Below are positions 1 through 7,860 of a stretch of DNA of 43,474 nucleotides, piece by piece. The stretch comes from Pirellulales bacterium (lineage in GTDB: Bacteria > Planctomycetota > Planctomycetia > Pirellulales > JAICIG01): positions 17,083-60,556 of the forward strand of contig JBBDYJ010000043.1 in NCBI GenBank assembly GCA_040901675.1, in the 5' to 3' direction. Position 1 is the stretch's first letter; each line of letters opens with the position of its first letter. A program made the position numbers and the translations under genes. The notes under the pieces are model-generated. The model was given only the letters and a program-made list of their open reading frames with translations. It had not been told where the DNA came from and made no database searches.

Positions 1-96
1 GAGCAGCAACTCGTCGGCTTTGCCGAGCAGCAACTCGTCGGCTTTGCCGAGCAGCAACTCGTCGGCTTTGCCGAGCAGCGGCTCGTCGGCTTCGCC
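1..96. repeat. 24-bp tandem repeat (GAGCAGCAACTCGTCGGCTTTGCC), about 4 copies, encoding GKADELLL on the minus strand
   Basis: Directly visible: three exact copies and one degenerate copy; truncated by the window start. Confidence 0.9.
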
Positions 97-135
97 GTTA
101 TCCCCTTTGACGTTGTAGGTAAGCCCGATTCGCAC
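1..135 (-). CDS. D-Ala-D-Ala ligase-like ATP-grasp protein, 5' part only (runs off the window)
   Basis: Not in the ORF track. Manual translation from GTG at 135 gives VRIGLTYNVKGDNGEADEPLLGKADELLL..., with AGGA shortly upstream. MxIGLTY(D/N) is the N-terminus typical of Ddl-like genes that follow kamA homologues. Confidence 0.65.
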   Translation of the reverse strand, partial: MRIGLTYNVKGDNGEADEPLLGKADELLLGKADELLLGKADELLL

Positions 136-247
136 GTTGAGATCCTGGCACGGCGGCGAAACCGTTGGGCTCGATCACCAACGGTTTCGCGCGAGCTGTG
201 AGCAAATGGTTCTGTTTACCGATTCCGCCGCTCTGGCGCTGCTGCTG

Positions 248-1720
248 TCACGCGATGCGGTCGAGGATCGGCAGCACGTGCCGCCCGGCGGCGGGAATCG
301 CATGCGCGCCGGCCTCGAAGCCATCGCAACGGCCGTTGCCGTTCACCGCGGCAAAGACCGGCCGGACATGCCCATTCCTGGAAGCCGCGTCGGCCGCTGT
401 CTCCTGTTCAAGCTGCTGCTGCCGCCTCGCCATGCGGGCGTTGCCCTCGGGCACCAGCGGCGTCTGCTGGCCGGCCAGCAGGTTGCTGACCCCCAGCGAC
501 TCGTAGCGCCCCGCCGGCTCGTTGTCGCGGTCCTCGGGCGCGTAGCGGAAGAGCATCCCCTCGTAGTTCCGCAGCACCACGGCGTTGTCCGAGGCGGAGA
601 CCAGGTAGTTGGGCATCAAGGGGATCTTGCCCGCTCCGTGCAGCCCGTCGACGACGTAGGTCGGCACGGCCAGCCCGGACACGTGGCCTCGCAAGCCCTC
701 GATGATCTCCAGTCCCTTCCAGACCGACGTGCGGAAATGGCCGGCCCCCACCACCGGATCGCAGTGGAACAGGTAGTAGGGACGCACCTTGATCCGCAGC
801 AGGCCCCGAACCAGGGCCCGCATGGTGGCCACCGAGTCGTTCACTCCCTTCAGCAGCACGGCATGGTTGCTGATCGGCATGCCCGCATTGACCAGCAGGC
901 GGCAGGCACGGGCGCTTTCGGGTGTGATTTCTCGAGGGTGGTTGAAGTGCGTTTGAATCCAGACTTTCCCGGCCCGCCCCAGCAAGTCGACCAGCTCCGA
1001 ATCGAACAGCCGCTGGGGCAAGGTCACGGGAACGCGCGTTCCGATGCGGATCACGTCGACGTGGCCGATGGCCGCCAGCTCGTTGACGAACCATTGCAGC
1101 TTCGCCACCGGCAGCGACAAGGGATCGCCGCCCGACACGATCACGTCGTGTACTTCGCCGTGGTCCCGCACGTACTGGATCATTCGCTCATCGTTGTGGC
1201 TGGGTGCGTCCCAGCCGTCGCGGTCCATCGTCACCCGCTTGCGGGTGCAGAACCGGCAGTACATCGAGCAAACGTGCGTGGTGACCATCAGCACCCGGTC
1301 CGGGTAGCGGTGTGTCAGGCCAGCCACCGGCGAGTCCTTGTCCTCCTCGAGTGGATCCTCCAATTCCAGGCCGGACTGGCTGGTCATCTCTAAGCTGGAC
1401 GGGACCGACTGCAGCCGGATCGGGTCGGCCGGGTCTTCCACGTCGATCAACGAGAAGTAGTACGGCGGGATGGCCAGCTTGTACTGAGCTTCCAGACTTT
1501 CGAGGGCGACAACGTCGCGCGGAGCGTGTGGCAAAAGCTCCAAGAGCTGAGAAGTGGTGCGAATGGCGTTTTGCATCTGCCAACGCCAGTCTTCCCAAGC
1601 CTGGGAAGGCACGTCTTTCCAGTGGGGATGCCGGCGGGAAGAACTGGGAGGCTCTTCGGACTCTTCGACCGCGGCACCCTGAGTGGGCCCGGAGAAAGAG
1701 GCTGCGGCTGGTTCGTTCAT
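248..1720 (-). CDS. kamA: KamA family radical SAM protein (lysine 2,3-aminomutase-like)
   Basis: CSMYCRFCTRKR (CxxxCxxC), LTHRYPDR, SGGDPL, HFNHP and GKIPL motifs. Start reassigned to MNEP at 1720, with a GGAGG RBS at 1734-1738. Confidence 0.9.
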   Translation of the reverse strand: MNEPAAASFSGPTQGAAVEESEEPPSSSRRHPHWKDVPSQAWEDWRWQMQNAIRTTSQLLELLPHAPRDVVALESLEAQYKLAIPPYYFSLIDVEDPADPIRLQSVPSSLEMTSQSGLELEDPLEEDKDSPVAGLTHRYPDRVLMVTTHVCSMYCRFCTRKRVTMDRDGWDAPSHNDERMIQYVRDHGEVHDVIVSGGDPLSLPVAKLQWFVNELAAIGHVDVIRIGTRVPVTLPQRLFDSELVDLLGRAGKVWIQTHFNHPREITPESARACRLLVNAGMPISNHAVLLKGVNDSVATMRALVRGLLRIKVRPYYLFHCDPVVGAGHFRTSVWKGLEIIEGLRGHVSGLAVPTYVVDGLHGAGKIPLMPNYLVSASDNAVVLRNYEGMLFRYAPEDRDNEPAGRYESLGVSNLLAGQQTPLVPEGNARMARRQQQLEQETAADAASRNGHVRPVFAAVNGNGRCDGFEAGAHAIPAAGRHVLPILDRIA

Positions 1721-1795
1721 GGGGGTGAGAATCCCTCCTGTGAGTCCCTGGTTTAGCCGGCCAGCGGCCCTGGCCTGGATAGCTAAATCCGCGTG

Positions 1796-1824
1796 CTTAT
1801 ACCATCGACTGAAAAAAACGACAA
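1796..1824 (-). promoter_or_regulatory. Putative sigma70 promoter of kamA
   Basis: Minus strand TTGTCG-N17-TATAAG with an extended TG. Confidence 0.5.
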
Positions 1825-1935
1825 GTATCTTCATCGTCGCAATTCGAGAAATTGTACGCCACGACCCAAGAAAAGCATGGCAGCCGGCAGGGCATAACCG
1901 GGTGGAGCCATGGCGGTCCAGCCACGCGCCCTTGG

Positions 1936-3516
1936 TCAACCGGCCCCCGCTGGGACAGCTTCGTCCACCTCGAAGGCCGGCGACCCGGCCGGCGGAACAT
2001 GCGCTTGCCGCAGCCGCCCCAGCAGCCCCCGTATCTGCTCCTGGTAGCCGAACCGCTCCCGCAGCCAACCCGCTTCCAGCCCTTGGAAGCGGGCCTTTTG
2101 CTCGTCCAGCTCTTGTTCGCGGGCGGCCAACCGCTCGGCCTGCCGGGCGCAATCGGCCTGCCGCTCGGCCAGCCAGGCTCGCAGCTCGCGTTGCCGGTCC
2201 GACAGCTTCTCGTGGCGCGAAGCCAGGTCGGCCCGCAGCGATTCCAGCTCCGCTTTCCGCTGGTCCAGCTCGGCCGCCTCCAGCGCATAGTGGTGGGCCA
2301 GCCTTTCACGCAAGGCGGCCAGAGAGCGCATCAGAGCCGATGGTGCGGCCGGGCCGGCCAATTGAACGTGCAACTCCTCGGTGGCCAGCCGCAGCTCCAA
2401 GGCCTCGCGGTGCAAACCCGACACCTGGTCGCGCGTCTGCTCCAAGGCTCGCCGCCGGTGGTCGAGTTGTTCGTTCTGCCGCTCGAGCGACCGCTTTGCG
2501 GCCGCCAGTTCTGCCTCCCAGCGGCGGCGCTGGTCGGCCAGCCATTGGCGGTCGGCCTGGCGCTGCGAATCGAGCCGCTCACGCAGGCACTCCAGCTCCT
2601 GGCGCTGGCGGGCCAGCTCGTCGCGGCCCTCGATCAACAGGGCCTCGGCCTGTTCCAGCTCTTCTTGCCGGACCCCCAGGCCGATCGACCGGTCCTCAAC
2701 CGGGCTGGGGCGCGCCACCTGGGCCGCGGGCCGTTCGACCGGCCCTTCCACTGCCGACGGGATAACTGCCGGCTGCCCCACTGCCGGCTGCCCCACTGCC
2801 GGCTGCCCGGCCGCGGCTTCCAACGCCGAGCGGCGGCGCTCCAGGCCGTCCAGGGCGAGCTGGACCACGCGCAGCGAAGCCTCGCGGCGGGTATCGATCT
2901 CTTGGAAAAGCCGCCTGGCGTCCCGTTCAGCCACTTCCCGTCGCGTTTCCAGCTCGGCCTGCGCCTGTTGTTGGGCAGCCGCCTGGGCGGCCAGACTTCG
3001 GGCCTGGGCTGCCAGCTCGGCCTCGATCCGCCGGCACTCGTCCTCGTGCCCGCGCTCGCGTGCTTCGTGGCTGGCGGCCGCCTGCCGGTGAGCTTCTTGG
3101 GCCGCGTGGAACTGTGCCGAGCGCGCGTTGACCTCTTTCTCGCGGTGGTCGAGATCGGCTTCCCGCTTGGACAGTTCCGCCCGTCCTTCGGTCAGCCAGA
3201 GCCGCGCGCCGCGCAGTTGCTCGTCGAACTGGGCCAACCGGGCGTTGAGTTGCGACTCGCGCCGGTCGAGGTCGTGCTGGCGGGTGCGCAAAAGCTCCGC
3301 CAATTGCTCGGCCTGCAGGCGGTACGGCGGCAAAACGTCGGCCAGTCCGGTCTGGTGGGCCGCGGCGGGCTGAGCGGCCAGCGGCACTCCAGCGGCGGCT
3401 TCGACCCGGCGCTGGCGGACCAGGTGAGCTGGGTCGAGCCGGGTGCCGGACACCGACAGATCGCCCGGCGGCGATGCGGTCCTGCCGTCCTGCCGCGCAT
3501 CCTGCGTATCGGGCAT
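1936..3516 (-). CDS. Long coiled-coil protein, unknown function
   Basis: 526-aa E/R/Q/L/A-rich heptad-like sequence with a central Pro/Ala linker containing PAVGQ repeats. Confidence 0.75.
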   Translation of the reverse strand: MPDTQDARQDGRTASPPGDLSVSGTRLDPAHLVRQRRVEAAAGVPLAAQPAAAHQTGLADVLPPYRLQAEQLAELLRTRQHDLDRRESQLNARLAQFDEQLRGARLWLTEGRAELSKREADLDHREKEVNARSAQFHAAQEAHRQAAASHEARERGHEDECRRIEAELAAQARSLAAQAAAQQQAQAELETRREVAERDARRLFQEIDTRREASLRVVQLALDGLERRRSALEAAAGQPAVGQPAVGQPAVIPSAVEGPVERPAAQVARPSPVEDRSIGLGVRQEELEQAEALLIEGRDELARQRQELECLRERLDSQRQADRQWLADQRRRWEAELAAAKRSLERQNEQLDHRRRALEQTRDQVSGLHREALELRLATEELHVQLAGPAAPSALMRSLAALRERLAHHYALEAAELDQRKAELESLRADLASRHEKLSDRQRELRAWLAERQADCARQAERLAAREQELDEQKARFQGLEAGWLRERFGYQEQIRGLLGRLRQAHVPPAGSPAFEVDEAVPAGAG

Positions 3517-3713
3517 TATTGTCGCCGTTTGGAGCCACGTGGTTCCGGCCCGCTGCCGGCAATCTCCGCGCAGCCGGCATATCTTATCCGGTCTCCACTA
3601 TCGGCAGGTTGGCGGGGCGGGTTGACCAAAAAGCGTCGAAACCCAGGCTGGCGGAAGGCAGTCCCGGCTCGATTCCGCCGTCGATGTGAAAACCGGCTAG
3701 CTGCGCAAAAGAC

Positions 3714-3780
3714 AGCAGTGGCACAATCTCCCGTGCCACTGCTTGGAGTGGCCGCCGTGGGCGGCCGCCAGAAGCAGTGT
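3714..3780. repeat. REP-like palindrome, family B (GTGCCACTGC...GCAGTG)
   Basis: GCAGTGGCAC-N8-GTGCCACTGC hairpin followed by ...GAAGCAGTG. Related copies at about 37182-37230 and 41034-41083. Confidence 0.7.
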
Positions 3781-3840
3781 CCGTGGGGAGCTCCGCCGAT
3801 GTGCGGACTGTGGTGTCGGAACCACCGGCGGCGCTGGGTT

Positions 3841-4167
3841 CTAGTTCTTGGCCGCATCCAACGCGGCTTGCAGACGATCCTTGCTCTGCAAACCAACAAA
3901 GCTGTTCACCACCACTCCCCCCTTGAAGATCATCAGGGTCGGGATACTGTTCACGCCGTAATTTCCCGGAGCCGACGGACTGTCGTCGATGTTCAGCTTG
4001 CCGATCTTGACTGAGCCGGCGTTGGCAACAGCTAACTGCTCGACGAGCGGCGCAATCTGCCGGCAGGGCCCGCACCAGGGGGCCCAAAAATCGACCAGTA
4101 CCGGCTCCTGCGATTCGAGCACTTCAGCCTTGAAGTTGCTGTCGGTGAACTCGACGACATTGGCCAT
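3841..4167 (-). CDS. trxA: Thioredoxin
   Basis: WAPWCGPC active site, 108 aa, SIPTL motif. Confidence 0.97.
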   Translation of the reverse strand: MANVVEFTDSNFKAEVLESQEPVLVDFWAPWCGPCRQIAPLVEQLAVANAGSVKIGKLNIDDSPSAPGNYGVNSIPTLMIFKGGVVVNSFVGLQSKDRLQAALDAAKN

Positions 4168-4207
4168 GGAAAGCGGTCTCCTCTGAGTAGACTGGGAAGG
4201 TTAGAAA

Positions 4208-4235
4208 ATTATAGGGGCGGCGCGGGGGGTGTCAA
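4208..4235 (-). promoter_or_regulatory. sigma70 promoter of trxA
   Basis: Perfect TTGACA-N16-TATAAT on the minus strand; GAGGAGA RBS near 4177-4183. Confidence 0.8.
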
Positions 4236-4254
4236 CGAACGCCCGCCGGCCCCC

Positions 4255-6222
4255 TCATTCCCTCGGCAGTTCCACCTGGCTGGGATGATTCCAGACACGG
4301 CAGACAGGCTGATCGGCCCGCGAATACCCGTCCCGCTCCAGCTTCGGATCGGTTGAGTAGATCCGCTGTACGCCGTCCTCATGGACATACTCACGCAGCG
4401 CGACCGTGCCGGCGGGAGGGTTATCCAGGGCCGGCGGCAGGGCGTAAAACAGCGGGGCCGCCCCGTCGGCTGCTGCCCGACCGAGGGCTTCCAGCCGGCC
4501 CGGCCCGGCCGCATAGACGCCGATGGAATCGGATCGCGGCCGGTCGAGGGCAAAGAAAGCGACGCGCCGCGGCTGGTTGAGTCGTGCCGGTTCCGATGGC
4601 AACACGAGCCGGCTCGGCGAGCCAGGCTCGGCCAGATCGTAGACGGCAACCGGCAGCGCCAGCCGCTCATCGTCCAGGTCCAGCTTGTACATCACCTGGT
4701 TGTAATCGTACCGCGGAGTGCGCTCGGGGTTGCCCGAGAACGTGTGCGTGTACGTTCCCTCGAAGAAGATCTCGCGGCCATCCTGCTTGTCGAACTGCGG
4801 GTGCTGCTTCGGGTTGTAGAAACTGTACTTGTCGTGGGTCACCACCTTGCGGGCGTAGACCCACGGCCCCAACGGCGTATCCGCCTCCGCATACCACACC
4901 TCGCCCAACAGCGACGTACCACCCGTTCGTAGTGATCCGGATTCATCCGGTCCCGTTCGTAGTGATCCCGACTCGACCGCAATCATCACCCACCGCCGGC
5001 GGTGCGCATTGAAGTAGACCGACCCCGAGTGTGCGACGACTTCTTTGGACGTGTCGGCGTCCCTCAGCAGAGTGAGGGCCTCATCCGGCCGGATCAGACC
5101 CGCGGCAATCAATTGGCGTTGCAGGCGGGGGCCGGCGGGGGGCGTACCGCGCTTCCAGCCCCAGCGGAGTCGGCCGGCCGGGTCGCGGTCGAGCTTTGCT
5201 TCGGCAGGCCGGCGGCCATCCAGCCGGCTCCCCTCGGCCAGGCAACTGAACGTCTCGTAGCGGTCCAGGTTCACGAGGTCGTCCGGATTGGCCGGAACGC
5301 GCACCAGCGGCAGCGGTTGCGCAAAGTACAAATAATCAACGCCGTCGACCGAGTGCCGCAGTGGATGCCCTTCCGGGAACAGCGGCCGGTCCATCGCGAA
5401 CTCCGCAATCGGCTTGAACTCTTGCGAGGTGTCGTCGAGCTCGGCCAGGCCCCGCGCGTACACGTCGAGCAGGCCCTTCACCTTGACGTACGACGCAAAC
5501 AGCCGTTGGCGGCCATCGGCGCCGGCCAGCGGAATCAGCGACACGATCCAGGTCGGCCCTTCGCCCGGCATGCGGGCCATCGGCCGGGCAAACCCTTGGT
5601 CGTCCTCGAAATACCGGAGGTTCACGCCGACTTCCGGGTCGAGTCCCCCCTGCCCCGGCAATTCGCTGGTGGCGCCCGGCACGTGAAAGTTCCCTAGCGG
5701 ATAAGCGGGCCGGTTGGTGTCGCCCCAGAACCACCAGAGTTTGCCGCGGTACAGCGCGGTCACCACGCTGTCGGAGCCGAAGACCTGGGCGTTGAGCAAG
5801 GGCCGCTCGATGGGAGTCTCCTCGCCGACCAGCAGGCTGTCACGGTAGATGCCTGCCCCGGTCACCCGATAGAGCCGCTCGGCAACGTTCAGCCGCTTGA
5901 TGCTCGCTTCGGCCTGCCCCCCCTTGGTCACGTCGAAGGCCTTGCCGCGAAATCCAAAACCATCCTTCGGAAACTCGTAGCCATGGCTCTCGATCTGAAA
6001 GAACACGCGCTGGCCCATCAGCCCCGGCTCGTGAAACGCCGCGATCCCCTGGCTGTCGGTCACCAACTGGACGCCGTTCACGCTGGTCAGCTCGACCAGC
6101 GGGACGCCGCGGCCTGTCGCCTCGTCGACGATCGTGATGCGGAAATACTTGCCGGCCTGGGGATCGGCGCCCGCCGCCAGCAAACACGGCAGCAGAAGCA
6201 GAAGCACAACAAACAGCCGCAT
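4255..6222 (-). CDS. Secreted hypothetical protein (beta-rich, possible propeller or glycoside-hydrolase-like fold)
   Basis: Signal peptide MRLFVVLLLLLPCLLAA; WFWGDTN and YNPKQHP motifs; AAGGAG RBS. Confidence 0.75.
   Translation of the reverse strand: MRLFVVLLLLLPCLLAAGADPQAGKYFRITIVDEATGRGVPLVELTSVNGVQLVTDSQGIAAFHEPGLMGQRVFFQIESHGYEFPKDGFGFRGKAFDVTKGGQAEASIKRLNVAERLYRVTGAGIYRDSLLVGEETPIERPLLNAQVFGSDSVVTALYRGKLWWFWGDTNRPAYPLGNFHVPGATSELPGQGGLDPEVGVNLRYFEDDQGFARPMARMPGEGPTWIVSLIPLAGADGRQRLFASYVKVKGLLDVYARGLAELDDTSQEFKPIAEFAMDRPLFPEGHPLRHSVDGVDYLYFAQPLPLVRVPANPDDLVNLDRYETFSCLAEGSRLDGRRPAEAKLDRDPAGRLRWGWKRGTPPAGPRLQRQLIAAGLIRPDEALTLLRDADTSKEVVAHSGSVYFNAHRRRWVMIAVESGSLRTGPDESGSLRTGGTSLLGEVWYAEADTPLGPWVYARKVVTHDKYSFYNPKQHPQFDKQDGREIFFEGTYTHTFSGNPERTPRYDYNQVMYKLDLDDERLALPVAVYDLAEPGSPSRLVLPSEPARLNQPRRVAFFALDRPRSDSIGVYAAGPGRLEALGRAAADGAAPLFYALPPALDNPPAGTVALREYVHEDGVQRIYSTDPKLERDGYSRADQPVCRVWNHPSQVELPRE
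4922..4973. repeat. In-frame REP-like insertion (family C, CCGTTCGTAGTGATCCG...), about 1.7 copies of a 30-bp unit
   Basis: CCCGTTCGTAGTGATCCGGATTCATCCGGT then CCCGTTCGTAGTGATCCC. The same motif is intergenic at 28426-28452 and 28486-28501. Confidence 0.7.
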
Positions 6223-6229
6223 CGCCGAG

Positions 6230-6337
6230 CTCCTTACTTCCGTAGCTGAATTCGCCAGAATTCAGGGTGCTGTCCACTAATTAGACCAGAACTCCTCACT
6301 TCCGTAGCTGAATTCGCCAGAATTCAGGGTGCTGTCC
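6230..6337. repeat. Two direct copies (46 bp, period 62) containing REP family A (CGTAGCTGAATTCGCCAGAATTCAG)
   Basis: Copies at 6230-6275 and 6292-6337; GTAG tag followed by the CTGAATTC-GCCA-GAATTCAG hairpin. Confidence 0.9.
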
Positions 6338-6417
6338 TCTCGCCTCCTCGCGATATCATAATTGCGGCGGCACAAACAGGCACTACTTACCCGATCCGTG
6401 AGGCCGGAATCGAAGCC

Positions 6418-7416
6418 ATGGCGAAAGAGCACTTCCTCTGTTACCTGGTATCCAAACAGCAAGGCCCGCCCCGCGGGGAAGTCCGCGAGTGCCGGATCGA
6501 CGAGCTGCCCCAGGGCGAAGTCCTGGTGCGGGTGGCCTACTCCTCGCTGAACTACAAGGACGCCCTCTCGGCCACCGGGCATCCGGGCGTGACGCGCAAA
6601 TTCCCCCACGTCCCCGGAATCGACGCCGCGGGCACGGTTGCCCAGAGCCGCTCGACACGGTGGCGCGAGGGGGACGAAGTCATCGTCACTGGCTTCGACC
6701 AGGGACAGAATACCTGGGGAGGCTATGCCGAGTATGTCCGCGTGCCCACCGACTGGGTGCTGCCGCTGCCGGCCGGCATCACGCTGCGCGAGAGCATGAT
6801 CTACGGCACGGCCGGCCTGACCGCCGGCCTGAGCCTGCTGGCCCTGGCCGAGCGAGGCATCATGCCCGGGCGCGGCGAAGTAGTTGTCACCGGCGCCAGC
6901 GGCGGCGTCGGCAGCCTTGCCGTGGCGCTGCTGGCCAAGGCCGGCTACCAGGCGGTGGCGTCGACCGGAAAAGCTTCGGCACACGATCTGCTCTTGAAGC
7001 TGGGGGCGTCGCGGATCGTATCGCGCGACGACGTGGTGGACGCCAGCGACAAGCCTTTGCTGCCTGCGCGCTGGTGGGGGGCCATCGACACCGTCGGCGG
7101 CAGGACGCTGGCCACGCTGGTCCGCTCGACCGAGCGGGGCGGCTGCGTGGCGGCCTGTGGGCTCGTCGGCGGCGTGGAGGTTCCGCTGACCGTGTATCCG
7201 TTCATTCTGCGAGGTGTGGACCTGGTCGGCATCGACTCGCCCGAGTGCCCCGCCGACCGGCGAAGAGCGGTCTGGCAAAAGCTGGCCGGCGACTGGAAAC
7301 CGGCCGGCATCGAGCAGCTTGCCCGCGAAGTAAACCTCAAAGAGCTCGACGCCAGCATCCAACAAATCCTGGCCGGCCAGGTGACGGGCCGCATCCTGGT
7401 CACGCCAACGGCCTGA
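6418..7416 (+). CDS. yhdH: YhdH/AcuI family NADPH-dependent oxidoreductase (acryloyl-CoA reductase-like, MDR superfamily)
   Basis: YSSLNYKDAL, GTAGLTA, VTGASGGVGS and PFILRGV motifs. Confidence 0.9.
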   Translation: MAKEHFLCYLVSKQQGPPRGEVRECRIDELPQGEVLVRVAYSSLNYKDALSATGHPGVTRKFPHVPGIDAAGTVAQSRSTRWREGDEVIVTGFDQGQNTWGGYAEYVRVPTDWVLPLPAGITLRESMIYGTAGLTAGLSLLALAERGIMPGRGEVVVTGASGGVGSLAVALLAKAGYQAVASTGKASAHDLLLKLGASRIVSRDDVVDASDKPLLPARWWGAIDTVGGRTLATLVRSTERGGCVAACGLVGGVEVPLTVYPFILRGVDLVGIDSPECPADRRRAVWQKLAGDWKPAGIEQLAREVNLKELDASIQQILAGQVTGRILVTPTA

Positions 7417-7436
7417 ACTCAAGAACCGCGGCAACC

Positions 7437-7847
7437 ATGTACGAAACCTTCGAGCACACGGCCGACCTGGGGCTGCGGGTCCGCGCGGCCGATCTGAACG
7501 GCCTGTTTGCCGAGGCGGCCCGCGGGCTGGTTTCGATCATCGTGCCGAACCTCGACGACGTGCGGCTTGTCCGCCGGATGTCGTTCGCACTGGCCGGCAG
7601 CCGCTACGACGAGCTGTTGTTCGACTGGCTCAACGAGGTTCTGTACGTCTTCGAATCCCAGCGCGTGGTGCTGGCCGAGTTCGACGTGCACGTGGGCGGC
7701 GAGGGTCTGGAGGCTGCCGCCCGGGGCGAACCGCTCGATCCGGCGCGCCACCAGCTCGAGCACGAAGTGAAGGCCATCACCTACCACGGGCTGAAGGTCG
7801 AGCAGGTCGACGGCGGATGGCTGGCCGAAGTGATCGTGGATATCTAA
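7437..7847 (+). CDS. Archease
   Basis: MYETFEHTADLG...LLFDWLNE...EVKAITYHGL...VIVDI signature; directly upstream of rtcB. Confidence 0.93.
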   Translation: MYETFEHTADLGLRVRAADLNGLFAEAARGLVSIIVPNLDDVRLVRRMSFALAGSRYDELLFDWLNEVLYVFESQRVVLAEFDVHVGGEGLEAAARGEPLDPARHQLEHEVKAITYHGLKVEQVDGGWLAEVIVDI

Positions 7848-7860
7848 AGGGGGGACCATC

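Noticed and set aside
1721..2152. 144-aa N-terminal extension of KamA in the ORF track
   Set aside because: It overlaps the upstream gene and promoter; the RBS supports a start at 1720.
3517..3840. ncRNA or tRNA in the trxA downstream region
   Set aside because: The hairpins are explained by the family B repeat; no cloverleaf or known RNA motif was recognised.
6230..6337. Two-repeat CRISPR
   Set aside because: Only two copies, and the motif is dispersed through the window in both orientations, as expected for a REP.
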